Shown: in pieces, positions 23,001 through 35,000 of the stretch
Layout of the letters: each line of letters opens with the position of its first letter
Numbering within the stretch: position 1 is the stretch's first letter
Source of the DNA: Asterias rubens
Lineage: Eukaryota
Length of the DNA: 64,000 nt
NCBI RefSeq assembly: GCF_902459465.1
Contig: NC_047074.1
Span: 13,268,001-13,332,000 of the forward strand
Direction: 5' to 3'
Position numbers and translations under genes: made by a program
Notes under the pieces: generated by a model
Databases searched by the model: none
What the model was told of the DNA's origin: nothing
Seen by the model: only the letters and a program-made list of their open reading frames with translations

Positions 23001-26000
23001 CGGACAGCAACGAGGGCTGAGTGTGGGAGACATCCTACAGGCTAATCTACTCTATCGATGCACCAACGTAGGGAGTAAGTAAACAGGACTGAAGACTCAT
23101 AATCATCTCATGTGTAAGCTCATTTTTATAAAAGAAGAGGGAAACGAAACACAACGTCAACCATCCGAAACCCTCGCCAATAAAATTCGTTGCTGTTCAA
23201 GTTTTCATGCGCACCCTTACTCTGCAAAGCAGATGGGTTCATCACCAGAGTAGATTTTCTTATCCAACACTTTTTACTCGCACTATCATCTGTACATATT
23301 TCCGCAGTCGATTATTTGACTCGTGTGCAACATGCAGTGCTTCTTATTATCACAGTGAGGCTTTACTTTTCAAGAAGGACGGAAGGGTGAACTTCTTTTT
23401 ACTGCACAGTGCAGTAACAGTGCAATCCTCGGTATATAATCGCATCCTTACGATGACCTGAGCAGACTAGTCGAAACGTTGAGACCAATTAAGAACTCAG
23501 TATTCGATCCACAAAGCGAAAGTAGTAGTAGTATGCAGCCTACCCGGCCGATTTCCTACACCGGCCCGATTTCCTCTGCAGCACAGCATTATTAAATTAA
23601 ATAACATTCTTACTTATTGGCTTCGGACTTATTGTTTGTCTTTACAGCATGTGGTGGAACCATTTTCAAATCCTTCGGGCAAATTACGTCACCCCACTAC
23701 CCAGAACCCTTTGTGCCAAACACGACATGTGATTGGTCAATTTCTGTCGGTGAGGGCTTCGCGCTGAAATTAACTTTCGTGGATATTGATCTAGAACGTA
23801 AGTATTAATAATTTTTATATTGATAACAAATTGCTTTGCTCCCCCCCCCCCCGCCTTTTTCTCATCATAACTCTCCTTTTGGGGTTTGGTAGAGGTTCCA
23901 AAAGAAATCAGTCGGTAAACATTTGGATCAACAAGTAGAAAAGAAATATATTTACAGGTACCTTTTAGCGCAAATATTTGCTGTCAAACTTCTAAACTGG
24001 AAAGACGAGCATTCCAACTACTGGTACCCACAATAACAGCTGGTATCCAGCTGCGATAGAGTTTGACAACTTCCCATGTATACGCAATTGTTGATGTTTA
24101 CAATATACATGTACAATTACATTATGTATCAGACCTCAGTACTATTATAAATGATTTATTGATGACGCAGATGGGAAAAACACAAGTCGGGTATTTTGTC
24201 TTCCTCCTTACATAAATACTCAACAGTCCAACCGCAAAAAAGCTTCAGTAAACTTGCATCAAAGAGTGTAAACATGATTTTTATGTTTGTCATGTGTTAG
24301 AAAACAGACATACACACTTGAAAGTATTGCCAATAAATCTTTCTAGTTCGGGGTAAAGTTCCGTCAACAAGTTCCCAAAACGAAGTTGTTTTGAGCGGAA
24401 GTTCATCTGTCGGCCCTCGTGCCGATTTTAAACCAAGTGAGCTTTAAAGGCACTGGACACTATTGGTAATTACGCAAAATAATTGTTAGCATAACAATTT
24501 ACTTGGTAACGAGCAATGGAGAGCTGTTGATAGTATAAAACATTGTGAGAAACGGCTCCCTCGGAGAAATTACCTAGTTTTTTTTTAGGAAGAGGTAATT
24601 TCTCACTCAAATGATAAAGGACTTAAGCTGAAACCTTTTATAAATATAATGCATCTGAACGTACACAAATTAGTGCAACGAGGGTATTTTTTCTTTCATT
24701 ATTTTTTGCAACTTCGATATGACCAATTGAGTCAAAATGTTCACAGGTTTGTTATTTTATGCATATGTTGGGATACACCAAGTGAGAGTACTGGTCTTTG
24801 ACAATAATTACCAAAACGTGTACATCCAGGGCTCGATTTCACAAAGCAATACAATTTATCGCCAGATTAATTGTCAGCATTATCATAAGGATTTGTGTTT
24901 ATGACATCACTTTACTTCAACTACGATTGAGTTGAAGTTAGGAGCAGTCTTAGCTCTTTTTCACATCGGATGGTGTGCCTTTAATGAGTTTAACAATGGT
25001 CTGAATGCAAAGTCATACCCACCGTATCAAAAGTTTCACTTCACTCTACGGGATAATATTTCCCCTGAGTGCTACTTGAAAGTTCAGGGGCTGAAATTGG
25101 AGAAGGACTTGACAGTTTTATCATCACTGAAGAGAACGAATACATAAGGGTCAGACGGCTGGGTCAGACGATTTCTGAAAGGGTCGACCCTGGGCCGTGA
25201 CAGGAAATAAAACAAACCGATCAAGGCATCGTTACAGCAGACAATACATTTATATGTCATTTTCGAAAGGAGATAACTTGTCAACCTTTCGCTTGTTGAT
25301 GTATAAATATTGGGTCTAAAAATACTCCTCGTAGATTGACAATCACTCATTCTAGTGCAGTGACAAACTACAAAGTTTAACAGCCTTCAGCCTTATGAAC
25401 GAGTTAGATATACTCTGGTTTATGTTTATAAACTCAAGTTGATTTAGTTAAAACATAGAGATCTCGGTTTGTGTTGAACATTAACAGTTTTGAATCCGAG
25501 TTGAAAGAAAACGAGATTAGGATGGAGTTTATACCACATCGGTAGGTTTCGTCAACAGATATTTTGTGACAGACGTTTCCTTGACGAATTAGGAATCCGT
25601 ATATGGGCAATACATTTATATGTCATTTTCGAAAGGAGATAACTTTTCAACCTTTCGCTTGTTGATGTATAAATATTGGGTCTATCAAAATACTCCTCGT
25701 AGATTGACAATCACTCAAACTATACTAGTGCGGGGACAAACTACAAAGTTTAACAGCCTTCAGCCTTATGAACGAGTTAGATATACTCTGGTTTATGTTT
25801 ATAACTCAAGTTGATTTAGTTAAAACATAGAGATCTCGGTTTATGTTGAACATTAACAGTTTTCAATCCGAGTTGAAAGAAAACGAGATTAGGATGGAGT
25901 TTATACCACATCGGTAAAACATTTCGGGTTTGGTAGACTGTATAAGGTTTCCTCAACAGATGTTTTGTGACAGAAGTTTCCTTGACGAAGTAGGAATCCG

Positions 26001-29000
26001 CACATGGGCAGGGCATGGCTCCTTGACGAATTAGGAATCCGTATATAGGCAGGACAGGGCTCCTTGACGAATTAGGAATCCGTACATGGGCAGGGCAGGG
26101 TAAAAGAGTCTTACATCATGCAAGGAGTGCCTGGCTTTAATAGTCCCTTTTCGAAACTACGGCTTGGGCTTATGAGCTCCGGCTTTGGCTCCCTCAAAAG
26201 GTGCGCTTTTGGTAGGGTGCTTTAGCAGGCGGATAGAGTCTAAGCAGAGACTCAGCCGGAACCCTGGGTTTCGAAAAGGCCATAGTCTCTTCCCTTGGTA
26301 AAAGTGTACATTTTTGTTGTTATTACTGAAGTTGTCACAAAGTATTTATGTGTTTAACAGCTGACAAGGATGGACAGTGTCCCGGAGACTACATTGAGGT
26401 GCGAGACGGCCTGGGCGAGCTAGGCCGTCTAATCGGTAGATATTGCGGCGGCATCTTACCGACACCTATCACGCTGGACTCGGGCCGGGTGTGGCTTCGT
26501 TTCAGGGCACGTACCAGCCCAGTGTTCCAGTCCAGAGCTGGTTTTACGGCCAAGTTTCAATCGGTGTGTAAGTGCATAGGACTTACTTTGATTATTCTAT
26601 GATTTTTGTGTCATTTTAGATTCTTGAATTTGTTTTTCTTATAATATTAGCCCTTTTCTATATGGTGATGTATGGCCGCAAACAGGAAAGTATAGACAAG
26701 TAGACACAAATTTGACATATTATTTTATCTGTGTGTAAAATTTTTGCCAAATCAACCACTCAACCAATCAATTATGAAAAAAAAACTGAAAAAAATTCAT
26801 ATTCATATTATTTTATCCAACATCCATGGAAATATTCAGAGAAAATATTTCTCAAAAATCAATTCTGACTTTGGTTAAAAAAAGAGTGTGAAAACAATCT
26901 GAAAAAGCACTTCACAACAAAACCCGATTTCTTGGTAACATCTGGTTTTGTTTATAAAATCCAATATATACTGTAACTCTTCCCCATGGTATTGATTTTG
27001 TATTGCCTAATTTTTCTGGGATGTTGTGAAAAAGAAAACACAGTTGTGTAAGGGAATCAGTTTTGGGAATATCCAGACCCACAATGTTATTTCAACTAAT
27101 AGAAAAGACCTTGTACGTACACCTGTTCAGGGAAAGTGAATAGTCACCGTTGTGCAGGTCTTGTGTCACTCAAGGGAAACTGTAATTGATTGTTATTATG
27201 CCGTCTGTGCTGTAGGTCTAACATTGATAAGATGTGGCTATGCGAGAGTACAAGACATGTGACGAGAATTTACGAGATTATGGACCATACGAAAACTATA
27301 GTCTTGGTTGGTGGCCTTTGTGTATAAATTTAGAATGATATTTTCGGACATTCTAGAACTTCTATGACATTATCTTTATTTTTTACAGCTTTTGACGAGC
27401 GACTGACGGTGAGCAGTGGGGTGCTGAAGAGCAAGAACTACCCCGACGGCTTCCCGTCAAACACAGACAGCGTCTGGCAAATCACGGTGGAAGTCGGCTT
27501 CATGATTAATTTGAGGATTATCGAGTTACGAATCCCAGGTAAAACATCAGCACAAACATGCCTCCAAATTGCGTGGTTTCCTTTTACTTGGCGAAATACT
27601 ACGGTCGGCCATTTTGTGGAGTCAAAAATTTGACTCCACAAGTTGAGTAAAATATTTGACCCCACAAGTTGGAGTGCCGTAATAAATAGTTCAAGGAAAA
27701 CCATGCCATTTTGAGGAATACTTTGTGTGGATCATCATTGTGCTATACTTTTAAAACGTCTTTCTAACCAAAGCATTTCACAATAAGCGGTTTCAAACAC
27801 TTTTCATAGAACAACTCGCCCGATCCAAGGCAACGTGTCCCTAAAACATGGGTTGAAGGAAATTTATTCAAAGAGGGCGCTTTCAGACTAAATTTCTTCA
27901 CAATTCGCCATATTGGCGGACATAATGTTGATGAGGAAAAAATCTCCTACAATGTTCTTTCTCCGCAGTTATTTTTAATTTATCCTCTTATTGCAGTTGC
28001 TTCAGAAACCGGTTGTTATGGTGATTACCTCAACATCATTGAGGGCGACACCAGCCAATCACCTTTGATAACCAAGCTATGTCACTCACAGAGCAATGTG
28101 GGTGTGGTTTCTGCCGGCGAGAGTTTGCGCATTGAGTTACATTCGGGTAACCCCGAGAGGCGTGGCGACGTGGATCAGCCAACCAGATTCCACGCTCACT
28201 ATTCACAAAGAGGTAACTGTAGACTACTACTGCGCCTGTTTAATTTCAGATCAGCAAATGGCCGTCGGTACAATGATCGGGCGCCATTTTGAAATGTTGC
28301 ATTATCTGCGAGTAATGAAACACTTTGTGCACAATAATAAAAGTTTCACCTTGTTCACTCTCTAAAAAAGAAGTGTACAACAATTTTCTGAAATTTTGCT
28401 GTGTAAATGGTTATGGTTATGACTATTTTGGTTGTAGGGGGGGCCTACCCTTCACTTGTGTGAAATTTACTACAAAAGGAAAAGGTAATACAGTACCCAG
28501 CATTGAGTAGGAATCAATAGCCTAACACCAAGGTTCACACCACTCGAGAAGTGAGTAAAACAACATTTCTTTTGCACAAGAAGTCTTACGAAGTAAGCTG
28601 CACATAGAAGTATTTTGTGACAACAATGCAGAATGGGGCTTTTCTCATTACACGAACATGTTCTCAGCAAAGTAGTATTTACTTAACAAAATAGGCTACC
28701 AGACTATAAATACCACACTACTTTCTCGGTGCAGTGATGGACAGTTTTATTAAAGTAACAGCTACTTTTCTCTACAGATATCAATGAATGCCAGAGGAAT
28801 AGTGGAGACTGTGAGCAAGCTTGCCTTAACTTGATCGGTAGCTACGTATGTGGTTGCCAATATGGCTACGTGTTGGCAGCTAACTACAGAAATTGCATAG
28901 GTATTGGATTTATAAGGGTTTGGGTATTTTTTGTAGGACACAAAACACAACGTCCATTTATTTTCATTAAACGTACACGGTTTGAAAATAAAGATGGCAG

Positions 29001-32000
29001 ACTGCGGACACTGTGTATTGTGTCCTATACAAAATGTACCCAAACCCCTCAAACATCTTATATTTAAATAAAACACTATCTTGTGAAATGCAGAACATCA
29101 TTTTGCTTGTTCGTATAGTTTTAATGCCAATACGATGTGCACGATTAAAGAGCAAGAGAAAATGGCAAATTAATTGCTGTGATGCCCTCATTTTCCAAAA
29201 GATAAAGTGCTCATGTGAGTGGGGCAAAAATTACAAGTCTCCAATCTCACGTCTATGGTGTAAATAGCCATTGAATACGACATCCTTCGGGGACAACATC
29301 CCAAACATCCGATGACTTTTCCAGTGAGAAAAAGTGGTCTGTACATTATTGTTCGGGGACATTTCGGTTCACTGGTAATGATATTCAATCAAAATGGACT
29401 TGAGTTTGACATTTTAACTGGCGAACTTTTTCTTTTTAGGAAATAAAGACCAATTGCAATTGGTTATTGTAATCTAATGACATAATGTTTCAAATGTTGA
29501 TGTAAAGTACACTCTAAAAATATATTAGTCAAAATAACACTATTTGGTCATATGAGACATGATTTCGATGTATAGTCAAAACCATGTCTCATATAACTAA
29601 TCAGTGTTGTTTTGACTTATAAGTTTTTAGAGTGCAGAATTAACCGTACACAAAATAATGTAACGACCTATTTTTCCCAGAATGATGTCAACGGATGTGG
29701 TTTTTAAGTTTGCTTTCCTCAGATGTTAGTCATCTTTGGTAAATAATTCTTATCTGGGTTTGAATTGAATGCAGACATCGACGAGTGTTTAGACAACAAT
29801 GGCGGATGTTCAGATATCTGTGTGAACACTGAGGGCGCACACTACTGCACATGCTCAGACGGCTTTCTCCTTGCTCCAGACAACGCTACTCATTGCATAG
29901 GTAATTAGTTAATTCATTCATGATTGATATTTAAATCTTTACCAACCTAATTGAGGGTGAGCGTCACGAATCTTCAAACATTGAACAGTTTTTTTGATGC
30001 AGTGTTAACGCACTTGTCAAAGACCAGCATTGTCACTTGGTGTATCCCAACATAAACATAAAAATAATAAATCTGTGAAAATTTGGACTCAATAAAAGTT
30101 GCAACGAGAGAATGATGAAAGAAAAAGCACCCTTGTCGCACAAATTGTGTGCTTTCGTATGCACTATAAAGGCTTCAGGCCTGAAGTCTTTTAATATTTG
30201 AGTGAGAAATTACCTCGTTTTCAAAAATTACGTACTTACTTCAGAGGGAGCTGTTTCTCACAATGTTTTGTACCGTATCAACAGCTCTCCATTGCTCCTT
30301 ACCATTGCAAGTATACCTTTTATGCTAAAATTTCAGTCGTTACCATTGTCCAGTGCCATTAATCATTAAGCAGGGTAGGGCAAAACTAAATAAGTTTGTT
30401 TTTATCCTCGATGTAAACATTTTCACCCGCTAAACTCAATTTTGACAAAAGAAGCGGGAACTTTACTCTGCCTGATGCGAATCAGCATGCACCGTTGCTA
30501 TGGCAACTCTGAATGCGCGGTCATTCTCGTGCAGACGATCGTTCATGGTGTGCCAACTCGTCCCCATCAGCACCAAAAGCTTGTGGACTTCGTCATCGGT
30601 GACGTAGACTGGATCGATCTGCGCATGATCCACACACTCTTGATTATCCTGGTCGAACTTGAGCAGAACTTCGAGCGACGGCACTGTAAGCCCAATTCGA
30701 TCGAACACCGCGTCACGTGCACGGACGATGTCGTCATTACTCACGTGGTGTCTCCTTTCACTTCCGGAGTGATGCTTCTTCCCCTTTGACCCTTTCTTGA
30801 CCTCTTTGGTGACCCGAGAGTGCAAGAGTTCGAGAAAGCGGTGAACGTAAGTGGCGAGCACATTCCGGAGGCAACAGTGAGGTCCGCGTGAGGCACGACG
30901 CCCTCTATGTTTGAACTGTATATTAGCACATTTGTTTCGTTTTCCAGATGTTTGTCTTCGACGATTATGTGAACTTTGGCTTGCCGATCTACTTTCGTGG
31001 TTGTGACACGGTTCGGAAATGTGAGTTGCTTCGTCCGCGTTGTATTCATCCGCGGTCAGTGTTGTTGACGAAGTTAGATCCGGACTGTCTGGTACCTGAC
31101 CGTCACACTGCTGTGAATCAATAGTAACTTCAGCTAAACGTACTCCATTCTGTGATGAACGATTGACATCATCTCGTCTACAATCTGATTGTTTTTCGTC
31201 AGCATTCCCTGCTGGTGATTGGCTGTCATCATGACACAAATGCTGGTCAGTGTTCTCGCTGGAATTCCCTGCCTTTAAGTTTTCCTCAGATTCTACAACG
31301 TCATCACATTTTTCACTGGAGTGACGTTTGATAATCTCTTGTACGTAGCTATCAAAGGCTGCATACTCCTCGCTGGCGTTTCTGGTCGCTGCATCTGCGG
31401 ATGTAACTTTATTGAGATGTTTCTCCTTTCTTGTCTCTTGTACTCGTTCCCCTCCTTCTTTTTCATGTGAGAACTGAGCTTCCAGCCAACAGTCGTCTGC
31501 CGAGTTGTCTATCCGTGTACTTGAAGGGACCTCCCTCCTGAACTCGGTTAAATCTTTAGCCATGTCGAGAAGCTGCTGTTCTGCGTCCGACACACATCTC
31601 GAACACTCACTCGAGCCCGCGGGAACCTCCGTAGGCTCGTTCACGTTGCATATCACACCGATAGAAACGAGGTTGTTCTCCTGATGGATCAAACTACCCG
31701 AGTTATCGATACTTCGAATCGGAGACTGTTCCCGGTTACAAGTAGTCGATTGTCTGTCATTTTCAATGTCACAGCCACTTGGTGGTGTCGACTCCTCTGG
31801 TTCCGGTTCTGCATTTATTCGAATAGTTACACCGTGTGTGTTTGTTCTGTTTGATACCGGTGACGACAAGTCCTCTTGATTTTGAACAAAATCAGCAGAG
31901 TTCGTAATTATTTGTTCCTGATCTGTCCGCAGTGAATCTGGCCTCAGTGAGTTTCTAGTCGATACTTGGATGTTGCATTCATATTCCAGTTGGTCCTCAA

Positions 32001-35000
32001 CCGTTTCATTATCACCATTATCAAAAGTGCTGTTCAACTCGGCAGACATCTCCGTAATTTCTCTGTCTATCCGCGAGAAGTCATCGCGGAGGGTTCTGAC
32101 CCGATCCTCGGCGGACTCACAGCGTCGTATCTGCCCGTCCAGCAGCCCGTCGAAGTCCCTCACACGGCGACGTAGTGCGTCGATGCCGGAGTCCACACGG
32201 TCTAGACGGAGCTCAACGTCCGAGTAGAGACCGGGGATGAAGACTTGCTGACGGGGTGGAATGTGGGGAAGAGACGGTGAGGCTAGGCCTGACGGCATGA
32301 CGTCCTGTCCCATAACTGAGATGAAGGACACGGCTACAGAAATCCACTCTTCAGCTCAGGCTTGCTGTAAGAAGTCCACCCTTTTTCACGAAAATAGTCG
32401 TAAAACAAAATCACCTTCTTTGATTGTAAAAGGCAGCCAGTTGATGTTATGCGTTTGTTCGAAGAGCGCGTGTTGCTCGCGCTACGCAAAGATCACGCGT
32501 GAAGACGGTTTTGCATTCTCTCTGCTGCCAGTATAAATCCACTTTTGTGTTGGGCGAACTTATACAGTAGGCCTAGAGGTTGTTTTGGCTATCATGAGAA
32601 AACATTTCCCTAAATAATTGGTAAAAGGATCATCAGTTTATAGCAGATATACCATGATAATAATGCTCACTATGTCTTCGTGTTTGGCATATCGCCACTG
32701 CGTGCACACATTATTGAATTATGAATGACCTTATAATAACGTTTATGAGAGCGAGCTCACAGTCAGCCAGCTTCCGGACATCACCGGCATCTAATGCCAT
32801 GATATTCCAGGCGTCATAACCCGCTCGCCAGTTGCATCACTTCCGGGGAATATTGTTCGTATAACAACGGTACCACCTGCTCGGTATTCCTGATGCGAAT
32901 TTTTTAAATGATGATTATCACAATTTAGTCACACTTTGTTTTGTGCCGTGGGAGCGGTCTGAGACAATTACTTATTCAGTCCACTTCAATAATCGAAAGC
33001 TTTTAAACATCTTTGTACTTTGAAGGTTGGGATTGGGAATTTTAATTCGATGTTGAGCAAAGCTGTTTGAAAAACAGTTATTTTATAAAAAACGGATGAC
33101 ACTTTTGTCTACCATGACCCTCTCATTGGGCCAAACTGCTGGGAGAGACGCCTCTCAAGTACAACAGCATTAGCTTCATCGTCTTGGTTCATCTTCCTAT
33201 GAGTATAAGGAGGAGAAGGAAGTGGGATTATAGTTTATCTCGTGGCCTGCTAATTGATCGATGTTGTACACTCTAATAGCTACGGGTCAGAATATACCCG
33301 GATTTCGGGTAAAAGGGGCCCGACCCATTTATGGTTAAGGCTGACCCGTGAAGTGTGTGTGTTTTAATGTAATTTTATCTTGGGTTTTTCATCAGATCAA
33401 AGTGACCCATTTTGGGGGTCATTTCTTTTACACAGATTTCCGGGGCATTGACCCGGGAAGGGGCAATTATTTTTTAAGGGTTTACTGCGTCTTAGGAAAA
33501 GTGAAAATGGAGCGGGCAGGACACAAAGCCCCAGAAAAATTGACCGTTAGTGCTCAGTAATCAATCACTGGATGCCATATGGGGCGGAAACAATAAAAAT
33601 AGAGTGCACCAAGATGGAGAGATGAGCTGAAACAATACTGAGGGAAAGTCAATTTGTATCAACGAGCACAAAATATATACATTTGGAGATATCATTGTTT
33701 ATAGATTTGGGCCAGAGCCGATCCGCATCGAACATCCGAAAGAAAGACTTATAGGCTAAGTACCTGAGATTTTCGAGATCTTTTCTGGTCTCGGAAACCG
33801 CTTGTGAAATAGAGGCGAAGAAGGCCCGCGCGTGTCGGAGCCTTTTCCTTCGCTTCGCCAAGAAGTTCTCCTCCTCGTCGAGAGCTTTTTGGAACGAGGC
33901 GTACTCCCCGATGACCAATTCCATTTTCTCCATTGCTGCCTTGAAGCGGGCCTCCGTGGCGTCCCATTCGACCCTTGACATGATGATGATGATGATGATG
34001 ACGTCATTAACGAATCTTTTGCGAGAATATCAAAGTCAATCGTTATAATGTGTTTGAAACAGTGGATAAGGCTTTATTTTTACACAAATTTAAAACAGCC
34101 TAAATTATTTCGAAGAGTTGATGATGACGATATGCCTAAATGAAACAGTCGGGTTCCCAGATTCACAGTATTGTAAAGATGCATATCTGAAGACTATGGA
34201 TCTCTATTGTTGCTGTTGTTGTTGTTGATGTTGCTACTGCTGCTACTGATGTTGTGCTTGTTCGCCAAGTATTAAAGGCAGTGGACACTATCTGTAATTA
34301 CTCAAAATAATTATTATCATAAAACCTTTCTTGATTACGAATATCCCTCTGAAGTGACGTAGTTTTCGAGAAAGAAATAATGTTCCACGAATTTTATTTC
34401 GAGACCTCAGATTTAGAATCTGAGGTCTCGAAATCAAGCATCTGGGAGCACACAACTTCGTGCGACCATGGTGCGACAAGGTTGTTTTCTTCTTTCCTTA
34501 ATATCTCGCAACTTCGACGACCGATTGAGCTCAAATTTTCACAGGTTTGTTATTTTATTGAGATACAACAACTGTGAAGACTAGTCTTTGACGATTACCA
34601 ATAGTGTCCAGTGTCTTTAAGTCAAAGCACTTTTATTGTTTGTAATTATACAAACTAGTTATTATACAGGACGATTTGACAGTAGCCTATTATGTGGAAT
34701 CAGGCAATCCGTGAGGTTACAGGTGCGCTTCAATCTAAAAGAGATTTTGTTTTAAATATCATTGAAGTTCGTACATCCAATCGCTAGGAGGTTGTTCGCC
34801 TTACCTTCAAAACTATAGTTATTCTTGTCTCGACGTCATTTTGATGTCATTATCAAATGCTCTTGTTCATTGAAGAAAATGTAGGCCTACTGTTTGCGAC
34901 TGCCTCTCTTTCCCAAAACAAAGTGTATGCAACTTATTTTCAAGACAGAATACGCCTGGTCGTCCTTTATCCTTTCTTGTGAAGAAGTGAGTTTGAATGC

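Noticed and set aside
25978-26095. 40-bp periodic repeats that superficially resemble a CRISPR array
   Set aside because: The units are contiguous with no unique spacers, there are no cas genes, and the context is a eukaryotic intron.
31966-32536. Plus-strand ORFs overlapping the 616-aa ORF, and similar ones at 43263-43620, 50098-50821 and 60928-61433
   Set aside because: Antisense or alternate-frame shadows of real coding exons.
33649-33981. Geminin-family identity for the 110-aa ORF (LAKRRKRL vs AEKRRKAL)
   Set aside because: The similarity is limited to a short basic coiled-coil patch and lacks the conserved Trp and ENxxL; not supportable without a profile search.
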